Source: an uncultured Desulfospira sp.
GTDB taxonomy: Bacteria; Desulfobacterota; Desulfobacteria; Desulfobacterales; Desulfobacteraceae
Reading direction: 5' to 3'
Assembly (NCBI GenBank): GCA_963663165.1
Contig: OY760175.1
Coordinates: 1,760,001 to 1,824,000, forward strand
DNA length: 64,000 nucleotides
In this document: positions 9,214 through 21,300 of the stretch, in pieces
Layout of the letters: each line of letters begins with the position of its first letter
How positions within the stretch are numbered: position 1 is the first letter of the stretch
Notes under the pieces: model-generated
What the model was told of the DNA's origin: nothing
The model's input: the letters and a program-made list of their open reading frames with translations, nothing else
Database searches by the model: none
Translations under genes and position numbers: made by a program

Positions 9214-12200
9214 ATGAGATACCCGAAACACATTCGAATTTTTAGATTCATCATCCCGGTAATATTGTTCACCATTCTCAGTATAACACCCGCTTTTGGA
9301 ACAGACCTTCCCACAGACGATGATCTGGCCCAGACCATGGAGTGTGAATGGGCGACAATTGAAGATCCGGAAAATCCCGGAGAAGAAATCAATGATCCCA
9401 ATGACAAGTTAGTCGCCCTTGCGGCCAGCCTGGATAATGACCCGGTTAAAATTTACAACTGGGTTTATAAGAATATTTATTCTCCCCAGTTTATTTACTC
9501 TCAGCTTGAGAATGGCTCCTGGAAGTATGATTATACGAAATCCAGGTTGGGGGCAAGAGGGGCATATCTATCAAAAAGAGGAAATTCATGGGACCAGTCT
9601 TCCTTATTAATTGCACTTTTAAGGATATCCAATATTCCGGCTCGTTATGTTCAACTGGGGTCATATCATCTGGTTTATGTTGAAGCCTGGCTGGATCTGG
9701 ACAATTATCATGGAATAGCTGATAGCAGCCAGAAAGGATGGGTCCCTCTTTTTCCCTGGCTCAAAGAGAACAATTTCATTGAAGGCCTGGATCTGTTTGT
9801 AACGGACGGGTCGATAACAGACCCGGTACCGGACGGTTTGGAATTTGATTTTAAAGACTACCTTTCTTCACCGGACGAAAATGGAAGCGTTGTAAAGCAT
9901 GAGACAACACTTGAAAAATATGAAGAAAAACTCCAGAATATTTTAAACACAAACCATCCAGGGAAATCATTAAAAGATATTCCCTTCAATGAAGACTTAA
10001 TCGACAACACGGCCCTGGTTCTGCCCAGATCTTTTCCGTCAAAACTTAAACTATTTTTATCAGTCACCAAGAACCGGTTCAGCGAAGTTGACCCTTCAAA
10101 CCGGGAATACATCCGGCTGGTAATAAGAAATTACAGCAGCACCGGCACCAGCCTCCTTGATTACACCCTTTACATGCCAAAAGCTGCCGGTAAAAGGTTT
10201 TGCCTGGACTGGAATTATTCAGGCTCTTCTTTTCAGCCGGTATTCAAATTAGATGGTGAGTCTGTCCAGACAAGCTCCTACACATTGGGGGCTGATGATA
10301 ATTTTTATATCGTGTATCAGGTTGCTGGTCAAAGTTCGGTTCTCCGCGATCAAAAACGGGCCGCAGGCACTTTCATGCAGATCGGTTTTGACCCTTTAAG
10401 TGCTTCTCAGATCACCATTGAAAAAGCCAAACAAGAATTACAAACCGTTGATGCCAGCAACGTCCTTGATCCGTCTACCCACGAAGAATATCTCGGACTC
10501 ATGGGGCAGGTTTTATCGGAAACTTTTTTATACCGGCTATATGAAAATGCCAGGAAAACCACCAGTTATTTCTATGGGATAAAATACTGGGGCCTTAGTC
10601 CAACGTTTATTTACACAGATTATAATTCTGACGACCATCCTATCCCGACAGACCCGGAATCCAAATTTTATTATCATCCACAATGGAAAATTGACGCTCA
10701 ATCTTCAGCTTCCATGATTAAATGGGACAGTTCAGGACAGCAACTGGTTACCTACTCTACCGACCCTGATCATAACAACTGGGATGCGCCGATAAACGTG
10801 ACCTCAAAAAGGATTTCAGGGTTTGTCGCGTCATTTAACGAAGGCAGAATCTTTGAAGACTGGATGGATACTCCGGGGGCCAGCACCATCAAAGGGCTGA
10901 TGATAGCCAATGAAGACCCTGACAATACCGGCAACCATATGGTGGAATTAACGAGTGACAGCATTGTTAGCGAAACTCAGACAACAACATCTTCCTTTGA
11001 AAGTGTTCCTCTTTCCGGTGAACAGCCTACATGGTCTACTGGTGCGGCGATAAATGATCTTTATAAAGTAGATTACGATGAAGCTTATGATGGTTTTCAA
11101 CTTAATGGTGCTTTAAGGGTTCCTGATAGCTGGGTACTGGTTGATCCTAACAGCAACTCCTTTCCTTTGGATGCAGATGCAATTGATGGTAGCTACGGAG
11201 TTGTTGTTTGGCCTAACGCATACATCACAAGAGGATCAAAATTTGACCTGAAAACATTTAAGTACGCCAGTCTGGGTAATGGGGCTAAGTATAAAGTTGT
11301 TGGTTATCGTAGAGATTCCAATGGTAATTTAGTTTCTGTCAGTGGGTATGAAAAAAATCTAACGGCAAATCAAAGTCCACAAATAGCGACTTTCAATTGG
11401 ACGGATGTTCATCAAATTTATATTGTACGAACAACAGCGGCAACTACATTTTATGACCCGCTTATTATTGATAATCTCCAGTATATCCGCAAAGAATACG
11501 TTTCCGACCTTGAAAATCAAACAGAAGGATATCTCGGCACCAAAACCGTTTGGGACATTATCCAATTGCTTGACCAAGGTGACACCGTTGTAACACCGGT
11601 CCAAATCGTTGAACATGACGGCATGACGGGCAATATCCGCATTGTTTACGGAGCAGATGGAAGCGACCAGTATTCCTTTGGCATGGATAACGGCGGATCT
11701 TCTTCAAAAGAAACAACAACAAACGAGTCCTATACAGATACGAATACAATCTCGCTGGACTCAGGCACTTTAAGCTCTACTACCCAGACCGACTGGAAAG
11801 ATAAATACACCACCCTGGTCAATGGTGTAGAAACAACCATTAAAAAAGCCTCAGAAACCATGAATGCGGCAAAGACCGCCCTGGGCGACCCGGTAGACAT
11901 GGTAAGCGGCGAGTTCTACACGGAAGAAACCCCGGATTTCCTGATCAAGTCCCGGGGGCTCGATTTATCCATTATCCGTAAATACAGAAGCCAGCTGATC
12001 TACAACGGCCCGTTCGGATACGGCTGGACCTGGAATCATGCAGAGCGTATCCTGCCCTTGGCCGGTGGTGATGTCCTTTATTACAATAACGACGGGGATG
12101 CCCTGGAACTCACCTCTAACGGTGACGGGACATATACCTGTCCTTTGGGGTCGCAATTTGTTCTGGCCATAGAATCCGGCCAATACGTCATCACCCAAAA

Positions 12201-15200
12201 CCGGACCCGGCAAAAATCCTATTTTTCCGACCAGGGGTATCTGGTCAGGAAAGAGGACCGGTTCGGCAATACCCTGACATTTGGATATGGCAATACCAGC
12301 TATCCGGGTCAAATTACCGCCATAACGGACGGCCTTGGCAGATCCCTTACCCTGGCCTATAACTCAAACGGTAAAGTCATCAGTATCACGGACTTTGAGG
12401 GCCGGTCCTGTTCCTACCTTTACAGTGACATAAGTTCCGGAGACGGGCTTGGAGACGACCTGATTGAGTTCAGAGGCCTTGATTACCAAACCAGCCTTGA
12501 TAACGCCACCCGGTACGAATATTTGTCCAATCAGGAAAACGTATACCTGAACCATAACATGACCAAGTACACCCTGCCGGGCGGGGATTATCTTGAGATC
12601 GGGTATTATAAAAACGACCAGGCGGCCTATCATACCAACGCCAAGGGCGAGACCTTCAACTTCATGTACAGCCGGTTGAACCGGTATGCAGAAACCTGGA
12701 ACGAAGAGGGGTATTACCGGAAGGTCTTTTTCAACGAAGCCAATGACGTTATCCGGGTCGCCAATGAGGACGGCACCATTGAACAGATGGCGTATGATGA
12801 ATACGGCCATCATAATAAGATTTCTCATACGGATGGCAATGGATACACCACCACGTTCCAATACTATCCTGACGGCGCAGCCGATCCGGAAGCTTATGTC
12901 AAAAAACGGAATCTGTATCTTAAAACCGATGCCCTGGGCTGCACCTGGGCTTATCAGTACGATGATACGAATAACGCCTATGCACCGTCTCAAGCAACAG
13001 ACCCTGCCGGTAACATCACTCAGTTTGAATATGATACCAACGGCAGTCTCTATAAAAAAATTCAGGCTCCGGGTTACGCCTTTGATGGTAACCAAGATCT
13101 GGTGGCGGACGCAAACGCCACGGGATTCGAAACCGTATACGAGTATGACGCTTACGGGAATATCACCAGAATCACGGACCCGTTAAGCCGGTATGAAGAA
13201 CGGATCTACGATACAAACAGCCTGTATCTTGTCACTAAAAAGGACAAGCTGGGCAACGAGACCCGGTACCAGTATTACAAAGACTTCGTGGAAAACATGC
13301 CCATAGGGGCGGTTAAATCCGTAACGGTTGTATCCGGAACCAATGAATACACCACCACTTATGAATATGACCAACTGGGCCGGAAAACCAAAGAAACAGA
13401 TCCGCTATCCCAGGCAACCCAATACCAGTACACCCTTGACGGGAAGCTTGAAAAAATCACTAAGCCCAACGGTGCCGTAACCCAACATATCTATGACACG
13501 GCCAGGGACATCGTGTCCGGAGCCCAGATCATAGAAACCATAGATCCGCTGGGTAACTCCGTTCATTTTTCCTATGATGCCACAGGCAAGCTGATTAAAA
13601 AGCAGGATAAAAACGGGAACATCTTCACCTTTGCCTATGACAAAATGGGCCGCCTCGCCAAAGAGGTTGATCCGTTCAGAACCGTCAAAAATTATGTTTA
13701 TGACGGCAACGGCAATAAAACCTCAATCAAACTTTATAATCAGGCTGGAGTTCTGCTCAAGGAAACCAAATTCACCTATAACGCCGCCAACCAGCTGGTG
13801 GAAAAAACCATCCCCTGCGACTTTGAAGAAGATGGTTGTGAAAAAACGGTTCAGTACCAATACACCCTTGACGGTAAACCACAGAGCCAGACCATTGTTT
13901 TTCCGGAAGGGGACGATTTAGTCACCTGGTATGAATACAATGCCCTGGGCCGGTTAAAACAGGAAACCAAAGGATACGGAACTGATGACGCCCGGGCCAC
14001 CCAATACAGATATGACGCCCTGGGCCGGTTGACCCGGACCATATTCCCCTTAGGCAATTCTGAGGTCCGTGAATATGATGCCAACGGCAATGTAACTGCC
14101 GTAAAACTCTATGACCAGGCCGGGACCCTGATGGAAGAGACTGGAAACATTTATGATGCCCGTAATCTTCTGGTTGAAACCGTTAATCCTCTGGGAAACA
14201 GCACATACTACACCTATGACGCCCTTGGAAGAAAAACGGAACAATTTCAATTCCTGACCGAATCCGGGGATATGATCCAGTACCAGTGGCAGTATGATGC
14301 CGTGGGCAACCTGGTCCAGGAAACCGACCCCCTGGGCCGGCTGACCCGGCACGGATATGACCTGAACAACCAAAAGGCCAAAACTGTTGACGCCCTGGGC
14401 CAGACCACTGCATTTGAATACGATCCCAACGGCAACCTGGTGGCCGTCACCTATCCGGACTTGAGCCGGACTGTTACCTATTATGACGCCCTGAACCGAA
14501 AAATCGGTGTTGAAGATGAACTGGGCTATATTCAGACCCTTGACTATGATGAAGACTCCAACCTGGTGTCCCACCTGGATGCCCGGAAGGGGATCTCCAC
14601 CTTTGAATATGATGCGGCCAAGCGGTTGAGAAGAAAAACCAATGCCCTTGGATATACTGAAGAGACCGAATACGACCCGGCAGACCGGGTAATTCAGACA
14701 ACAGACGCCAGGGGGATTATAACCCTGCTTTCATATGATGCCGCAAGCAACCTGGTCAGCCAAACCCTGGCTTCCGGCACAGATGATCAAACCGTTACCC
14801 AATTTGAATATGACCTCAACAACCGGAAAATCAGAGAGATCCATGAGACAACCCAAGGGGACCAGATTACAGCCTTCGAATATGACGACCGGGGCTTGCT
14901 GACCCACAGGAAAAACGGATTCCACACCGGTTCCCCGGAAATCTGGGAATATGAATATGATAAAGCCAGGCAACTGGTGGCGACCATTGATCCCAACGGT
15001 AACACCATCCAGGTGTTTTATGATGCCGTTGGCCGCAAAAAAGCCCAGACCCAGGCCCAGGGCCTGGTGAAATATTACTGGGAGTACGACCTGGCCGGAA
15101 ACGTCACCCTTGAAAGAAAACCCGAGGGAGAGGAAATCCAGAACGCCTATGATGCCCTTAACCGCCTGGTTCTGGAAACCAGGGGGGGCGACCAGCGCCG

Positions 15201-17511
15201 GTTTGAATATGACAGCCGGGGGCATCTTACCCGGGAAGAGAATTTTAACGGGGATGCCACGCAATACCAATATGATTTAGCCGGCAGAATGACCCAAAAA
15301 ACAGAAGCCGCCGGTACGGTCGATGAAGCCGTAAGCAAGTATGAATATGATGAAAACGGTAACCTGGTTGCTATCACCAATCCTTTGCTTAAAACCGTGT
15401 CCTTTGAATATGATGCGCTGAATCAGCGGATTACAGAAACCGACAGTGATCTCACTGTCAAAACCATCACCTATGATGAAAACGGTAATACCCTGTCCAT
15501 TGAAAAAAAGGACGGCACAGACATCGAGTTTGTATGGGATAACCTGAACCGGAAGGAAGCAACAAAGGTTGATACGGTAATCCGGCAGACCTTTGATTAT
15601 GATGTGCTTTCCAGGCTGGTATCTGCCACGGACACCAACCAGGGCACCGTAACCCACACCGCCACCTTTGATTACAACGACTACGGCCGCCTGGAAACCG
15701 AGGCCCAGGACTCGTATACAATCGGAAAACTCTATGACAACAACGGCAATAAAATCCAAATCACCTATCCTTCGGGCCGGGTGGTGGATAAGACCTACAA
15801 TGAAAACAACGCCCTGACCCAGATCCTTTACCAGGGGAACACCATTGCCGATCTTACCCGTGACCGAAACAACCGGCTGACAGCCGCATCCTTCGGAAAC
15901 GGCACAGGCCTTGCCCTGGACTATGACACCCGGGAACGGGAAACTTTAAGAACATACACGGATACTTTATTCTCCCAGGAAACAGGATATGATGCCCAAA
16001 GCAACATCCTTGAAGAGACGTTAGCCCTGAACGGCACCACCCGGGAAAAAGAGTACACCTACGACCACCAGGACAGGCTGGTCACAGCCACACCATCAAC
16101 GACCTGGGACTATGACAGCGTGGGCAACTGGCTTTCTACCAACCAGAACGGCACAGCCGAATCAAGAACCGCCAACGATGACAATGAATACACCCTTGTT
16201 GACGGCACCGCCTTCATCCATGACCCCAACGGCAACCTGACCTCAGACGGTGAAAAAGACTATGTCTACGACTGGGCAAACCGGCTTATCCAGGTGGAGG
16301 AAAGCGGTCAGGTCCTGGCCGAGTACACCTATGACGCGGTGAACCGCAGGGTTACCAAAACGGTGGGAACGACAGTGACCACCTATGTCTATGACGAAAC
16401 AGAGGTCATTGAAGAATACACCGGCGGCACATTAAGCCGGTCATATGTTTACTCAAGCAGCATTGATAAACCAATCCTCCTGGAAACCGGCAGCCAATTT
16501 TACTACTACATTGCCGACCGCCAGGGAAGTGTATGGGGATTCACGGATAACACCGGAACCCTGGTGGAGTCCTATGAATACACTCCCTTTGGCCTTATGA
16601 CCATCTACGACAGCCAGGGCCAGGATATCACCGCAACCGGCTCCGCCATCGGCAATCCGTTCGGCTATACCGGCAGAAGATGGGATAGTGAATCAGGCCT
16701 GTGGTACTACCGCAACCGGATGTACTCTGCCGAACTAGGCCGGTTCCTCCAGCGCGACCCGGCTGGTTATGTGGATGGGCTTAACCTGTATCAATATACC
16801 TTGAACAATCCACTGCGGTACATTGATCCTATGGGGTTGACCTCAAGGGAAAACGATTTTTCATACAGCCTTCCAATTATCAATCTGAACGCTGATTATC
16901 AAAAACAACAGCAAGACTGGGAACAGCGTCAATTAATTGGTGCATACATTCAAGAAAAACAAGAAAAAATTTTCGTATCAACAACTTTGGACTTTACGCC
17001 AGGTGTAGGAGATGCAAAGGGAATTGGAGAGGGGCTATATAACGTATATGAAAATCCGGCCAGAAAAAGTGCATGGGGTTCATTAGGAGTTGGAATAGCA
17101 ACTGTATTGCCTATTACAGATATAGTTAAGCTTCCTAAAATAGTTGACAAATTTTCTGAAATAAGTGAAACAGCAGAACGTTTGGTAGATATGGTCTCAA
17201 AGCAGGGAGGACGCTATGGGGACTTAGTTACCGACGGTGCGCATCGTCACCATATGCCAGCAAAACAGGCTACCCCTCTTACAGAAGCCGATGGACCAGC
17301 TATTCGAATGAGTCCTTCAGACCATCGTAAAACTGCGAGTTATGGTGGGAGGAAAGGATCAGCACAACAGGCATATAGAGACAAACAGGCAGATCTGATT
17401 CAACAAGGGAAGTTTGATGATGCATTTTTGATGGACGTTGATGACATTCAGTCAAAGTTTGGGAATAAATATGATGACGCAATTTTGGAAGCTATGGATG
17501 CGCTTCCATAG
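9214..17511 (+). CDS. Rhs1: Rhs/YD-repeat polymorphic toxin with signal peptide, degenerate transglutaminase-like N-domain, and HNH-like nuclease CT
   Basis: LLIALLRISNIPARYV (TGase-like); GDPVDM (DUF6531-type start); YD repeats; core end RFLQRDPAG...NNPLRYIDPMG; pre-toxin LDFTPGVGDAKG; CT HRHHMPA...DHRKTASYG. Confidence 0.9.
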   Translation: MRYPKHIRIFRFIIPVILFTILSITPAFGTDLPTDDDLAQTMECEWATIEDPENPGEEINDPNDKLVALAASLDNDPVKIYNWVYKNIYSPQFIYSQLENGSWKYDYTKSRLGARGAYLSKRGNSWDQSSLLIALLRISNIPARYVQLGSYHLVYVEAWLDLDNYHGIADSSQKGWVPLFPWLKENNFIEGLDLFVTDGSITDPVPDGLEFDFKDYLSSPDENGSVVKHETTLEKYEEKLQNILNTNHPGKSLKDIPFNEDLIDNTALVLPRSFPSKLKLFLSVTKNRFSEVDPSNREYIRLVIRNYSSTGTSLLDYTLYMPKAAGKRFCLDWNYSGSSFQPVFKLDGESVQTSSYTLGADDNFYIVYQVAGQSSVLRDQKRAAGTFMQIGFDPLSASQITIEKAKQELQTVDASNVLDPSTHEEYLGLMGQVLSETFLYRLYENARKTTSYFYGIKYWGLSPTFIYTDYNSDDHPIPTDPESKFYYHPQWKIDAQSSASMIKWDSSGQQLVTYSTDPDHNNWDAPINVTSKRISGFVASFNEGRIFEDWMDTPGASTIKGLMIANEDPDNTGNHMVELTSDSIVSETQTTTSSFESVPLSGEQPTWSTGAAINDLYKVDYDEAYDGFQLNGALRVPDSWVLVDPNSNSFPLDADAIDGSYGVVVWPNAYITRGSKFDLKTFKYASLGNGAKYKVVGYRRDSNGNLVSVSGYEKNLTANQSPQIATFNWTDVHQIYIVRTTAATTFYDPLIIDNLQYIRKEYVSDLENQTEGYLGTKTVWDIIQLLDQGDTVVTPVQIVEHDGMTGNIRIVYGADGSDQYSFGMDNGGSSSKETTTNESYTDTNTISLDSGTLSSTTQTDWKDKYTTLVNGVETTIKKASETMNAAKTALGDPVDMVSGEFYTEETPDFLIKSRGLDLSIIRKYRSQLIYNGPFGYGWTWNHAERILPLAGGDVLYYNNDGDALELTSNGDGTYTCPLGSQFVLAIESGQYVITQNRTRQKSYFSDQGYLVRKEDRFGNTLTFGYGNTSYPGQITAITDGLGRSLTLAYNSNGKVISITDFEGRSCSYLYSDISSGDGLGDDLIEFRGLDYQTSLDNATRYEYLSNQENVYLNHNMTKYTLPGGDYLEIGYYKNDQAAYHTNAKGETFNFMYSRLNRYAETWNEEGYYRKVFFNEANDVIRVANEDGTIEQMAYDEYGHHNKISHTDGNGYTTTFQYYPDGAADPEAYVKKRNLYLKTDALGCTWAYQYDDTNNAYAPSQATDPAGNITQFEYDTNGSLYKKIQAPGYAFDGNQDLVADANATGFETVYEYDAYGNITRITDPLSRYEERIYDTNSLYLVTKKDKLGNETRYQYYKDFVENMPIGAVKSVTVVSGTNEYTTTYEYDQLGRKTKETDPLSQATQYQYTLDGKLEKITKPNGAVTQHIYDTARDIVSGAQIIETIDPLGNSVHFSYDATGKLIKKQDKNGNIFTFAYDKMGRLAKEVDPFRTVKNYVYDGNGNKTSIKLYNQAGVLLKETKFTYNAANQLVEKTIPCDFEEDGCEKTVQYQYTLDGKPQSQTIVFPEGDDLVTWYEYNALGRLKQETKGYGTDDARATQYRYDALGRLTRTIFPLGNSEVREYDANGNVTAVKLYDQAGTLMEETGNIYDARNLLVETVNPLGNSTYYTYDALGRKTEQFQFLTESGDMIQYQWQYDAVGNLVQETDPLGRLTRHGYDLNNQKAKTVDALGQTTAFEYDPNGNLVAVTYPDLSRTVTYYDALNRKIGVEDELGYIQTLDYDEDSNLVSHLDARKGISTFEYDAAKRLRRKTNALGYTEETEYDPADRVIQTTDARGIITLLSYDAASNLVSQTLASGTDDQTVTQFEYDLNNRKIREIHETTQGDQITAFEYDDRGLLTHRKNGFHTGSPEIWEYEYDKARQLVATIDPNGNTIQVFYDAVGRKKAQTQAQGLVKYYWEYDLAGNVTLERKPEGEEIQNAYDALNRLVLETRGGDQRRFEYDSRGHLTREENFNGDATQYQYDLAGRMTQKTEAAGTVDEAVSKYEYDENGNLVAITNPLLKTVSFEYDALNQRITETDSDLTVKTITYDENGNTLSIEKKDGTDIEFVWDNLNRKEATKVDTVIRQTFDYDVLSRLVSATDTNQGTVTHTATFDYNDYGRLETEAQDSYTIGKLYDNNGNKIQITYPSGRVVDKTYNENNALTQILYQGNTIADLTRDRNNRLTAASFGNGTGLALDYDTRERETLRTYTDTLFSQETGYDAQSNILEETLALNGTTREKEYTYDHQDRLVTATPSTTWDYDSVGNWLSTNQNGTAESRTANDDNEYTLVDGTAFIHDPNGNLTSDGEKDYVYDWANRLIQVEESGQVLAEYTYDAVNRRVTKTVGTTVTTYVYDETEVIEEYTGGTLSRSYVYSSSIDKPILLETGSQFYYYIADRQGSVWGFTDNTGTLVESYEYTPFGLMTIYDSQGQDITATGSAIGNPFGYTGRRWDSESGLWYYRNRMYSAELGRFLQRDPAGYVDGLNLYQYTLNNPLRYIDPMGLTSRENDFSYSLPIINLNADYQKQQQDWEQRQLIGAYIQEKQEKIFVSTTLDFTPGVGDAKGIGEGLYNVYENPARKSAWGSLGVGIATVLPITDIVKLPKIVDKFSEISETAERLVDMVSKQGGRYGDLVTDGAHRHHMPAKQATPLTEADGPAIRMSPSDHRKTASYGGRKGSAQQAYRDKQADLIQQGKFDDAFLMDVDDIQSKFGNKYDDAILEAMDALP

Positions 17512-17527
17512 AATGGAGAATTGATAA

Positions 17528-17920
17528 ATGCAATGGAAGATAGATGATAATGGAATAACTGGCCCTATTGATTTTGATATGCAGATCGAGAATGTAAAAT
17601 CTCTATTGGGAGAGCCAACCGACTCGTTTAAAAGGACAAAAGATTCGAATGATGTGGTTATTGCCTATGAGGATGAAGGAATTCATCTGAATGTAAATGA
17701 TGAGGGCATATTGACTCAATTAACCATCTTTCCTGATAACGAGGTATTTCTTGGCAATATTCAGCTAATCAACAAACCAATTGATTCTATTTATGCAGAA
17801 TTTCAAACTCTCGGTATTGCAGTTGTTCGTGAGGATTCAGGATTGTGGTGTGAGGAGCAGAAAGTGTTTCTTGTTGATGTGGAAGGGATAGTGGATGGTG
17901 TAGAAATATACCGTGATTAA
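17528..17920 (+). CDS. Putative immunity protein for Rhs1 CT
   Basis: Small acidic, AT-rich ORF directly downstream of the toxin. Confidence 0.7.
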   Translation: MQWKIDDNGITGPIDFDMQIENVKSLLGEPTDSFKRTKDSNDVVIAYEDEGIHLNVNDEGILTQLTIFPDNEVFLGNIQLINKPIDSIYAEFQTLGIAVVREDSGLWCEEQKVFLVDVEGIVDGVEIYRD

Positions 17921-17990
17921 GCATGAATACCTCAAAGAACTTAGCAGACCCGTGGAGATCAGGAGGTCAGGTCAGATCAAAGATCAAGAG

Positions 17991-18359
17991 TCGGGCCGAG
18001 TTAACCATAAGGAATCAAACGACTAATTGTTTTAGACGGGGCTTAAAACCATCTTAAACAACCGTTTTTGGTCCCCAAATAACCATTTTAAGAAAATCGA
18101 TGCTATAAAAAGCCCATTCGGTTTCATTTCCTTTTGCCAAAAACGATTGGACGATTGGGCGATTGGGGATTGGGTGGGGATTGGGGGTCGGGCCAAGCCA
18201 ATCATCTAATATTAAAAGGGGAACGCCCCCAAAATGGGCTTAAAACAAGCTTAAATCAATGTTTTTGGCCCCCAAATGCCCACTTTAAGAAAACCGATGT
18301 TATAAAAGCCCATCCGGTTTCATTTCCTTTTGCAAAAAAAGAGTGATAGGGAAAGATGT
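17991..18359 (+). repeat. Two tandem copies of the Rhs 5' leader repeat (first copy truncated at a stutter site)
   Basis: 'tttaagaaaa.cgatg.tataaaa(a)gcccat.cggtttcatttccttttgc.aaaa' occurs at about 18086-18143 and 18285-18340. 17991-18143 is nearly identical to about 42312-42463. Confidence 0.85.
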
Positions 18360-21300
18360 ATGAATTATATTGCCAGAAACGGATGGACTTTTCATATTGC
18401 CGCTATCATTATTATGATCTCGGCTTGTTTGTGTTTCCAGCCTTTCTCTTCTGTTCTTGGCAGCGCAGCATCTTTTTCAACTATTGCAGCCGCTGATTGT
18501 GTCGATACCGGCATCATCTCCTTTGATACTTGCAAGTTAAGCTCCACTACCCAGGCCGACTGGAAAGATAAATACACCACCCTGGTCAACGGTGTAGAAA
18601 CAACCGTTAAAAAAGCCTCAGAAACCATCAACGCGGCTAAAACCTACCTGGGCGACCCCGTAGACATGGTAACCGGGGAGTTCTACACGGAAGAAACCCC
18701 GGATTTTCAGATCAAAGGCCGAGGCCTTGATCTGTCCATTGCCCGAAAATACAAAAGCAAGACCATCTACAACGGCCCGTTCGGCTACGGCTGGACCTGG
18801 AACCACGGGGAACGCATTCTGCCCCTGACCGGGGGCGATGTCCTTTATTATGATAATGACGGGGATGCCCAGGAGATTAATTCCAATGGCGACGGGACTT
18901 ATACATATCCTAAGGGATCTCAGTTTGTTTTGACCATGGAATCCGGGGAATATGTGATTACCCGGAACCGGACCCGGCTAAGATCCTTTTTTTCCGGCCA
19001 GGGATATCTGATCAGGAAGGCGGACCGGTTCGGCAATACCCTGACATTTGAATACAACAATGCCGGCCACCCGGAGCAGCTTACCCACATCAAAGACAAC
19101 CTGCTGGTGAACGGACAACCCCGGTCCCTGGAGCTGACCTACAACTCAAGCGGCAAAGTTACCAGTGTGACGGATTTTGAAGGCCGGACCTGCTCCTATC
19201 ATTACCTTGGGGATGATCTGATCGAATTCAGGGGTCTTGATTACCAGGCCTCACCCGGCAATGCCACCCGGTACGAATACCTGTCCGGCCAGGCAAACGA
19301 GTTTCTGAACCACAACATGACAAAGTACACCCTGCCGGGCGGGGATTATCTTGAAATCGGGTATTATAAAAACGACCAGGCAGCTTTTCACCGCAACGCC
19401 AAGGGCGAGACCTTCAACTTCATGTACAGCCGGCTGAACCGGTACGCCGAGACCTGGAACGAAGAGGGGTATTACCGTAAACTATTTTTCAACGAAGCCA
19501 ATGACGTTATCCGGATCGCCAACGAGGACGGCACCATTGAACAGATGGCCTATGATGAATACGGCCATCACAACAAGATTTCCCATACAGACGGCAACGG
19601 GTACACAACCACGTTTCAATATTACCCCGAAGGCACTGCGGAACCAGCCCGGGAAGCCTTTGTCAAAAACCGTAACCTGTATCTTAAGACCGACGCCCTG
19701 GGCCGCACCTGGAAGTACCGGTACGATGATGCAAACAACCCTTATGCACCGTCACAGGCAACGGACCCTGCAGACCATATTACCCGGTTTGAGTATTATA
19801 CCAACGGCAGCCTGCATAAAAAAATCCAGGCCCCGGGTTACAAATTTGATGATGACGGGGGTCTGGTTGAAGATGCAACCGCGCAGGGTTTTGTAACCGC
19901 ATACGAATATGACGCTTACGGCCATACCATCAAAATCACGGACCCGCTGAACAAATTTGAGGAACGGATCTATGATACAGCCAACAACCTGTATCTGATG
20001 GTGCTCAAAGATAAGCGGGGCAATGAGACCCGATACCAGTATTATGAAGATTTTTCGGAAAACATGCCCATAGGGGCTCTGAAATCCAAAACCGTCATAT
20101 CCGGGACAAAGGAGTACACTACAACATACCAATATGATCCGCTGGGCCGAAAGACCAGGGAAACAGATCCCCTTTTACAGGAGACGGAATACCAGTACAC
20201 CCTTGACGGCAAGCTTAAAAAAATCATCAAACCCAACCAGGCTGTCACCGAACACATCTACGACACCGCCCGGGACATCGTATCCGGGGCACAGATAATA
20301 GAAACCATTGACCCCTTGGGCAACAGCGAGCATTTTTCTTACGACGCCACAGGCAAACTGATTAAAAAACAGGATAAAAACGGGAACACCTACACGTTTT
20401 CCTATGATGCCATGGGACGGCTTGCCAAAGAAGTTGACCCGTTCAGAACCATCAGGATGTACACCTATGACGGCAACGGCAATAAAACATCCGTCCGGCT
20501 TTATGACCAGGCAGGCGAACTGCTCAAGGAAACCCGGTTCACCTATGACGCGGCCAACCAGCTGGTGGAGAAAACCATACCCTGCCAGTTTGAGGAAGAT
20601 GCTTGTGAAAAGGTTATCCAGTATCAGTACTCCCTTGACGGCAAACCGGAAAAAGAGACCATCCTGTTCCCGGATGAAGAAGCGGACCTGGTCTCCTTTT
20701 ATGAATACAATGCCCTGGGCCACCTGAAACAGTCAACCACAGGATATGGCACCGATGACGCCCGGACAACCCAATACCGGCACGATGCCTTAGGCCGGCT
20801 GACCCGGACCATACTTCCCTTAGGCAATTCAAAACAGAACGAATACGATGCCAACGGCAATGTAACCGAAATACGATTTTTTGACCGGAACGGGAACCTG
20901 CTGGAAGAGACCTCCCATCTGTATGATGCCAGAAACCTTTTGGAAGGAACCGTCAATCCACTGGGGGACAGTATCTATTATTCCCATGACGCCCTGGGAA
21001 GAAAAGACAGTCAATCGCAGGTTCTTGCCTCCGGTGATGTAATCGAATATCAATGGCAGTATGACGAGGTTGGCAATGTAATCCAGGAGACAGATCCATT
21101 AGGCCGGCTGACCCGGCACGGGTACGACCTGAACGGCCGGAAAACCAGGACCGTGGATGCCCTTGGCCAGACAGTTGCCTTTGAATACGACCCCAACGGC
21201 AACCAGACCGCCGTTACCTGGCCGGACCAAAGCCGAACCACGACCTATTATGATGCCCTGAACCGGAAAATCGGCGTTGAAGACGAGCTGGGCCATGTCC

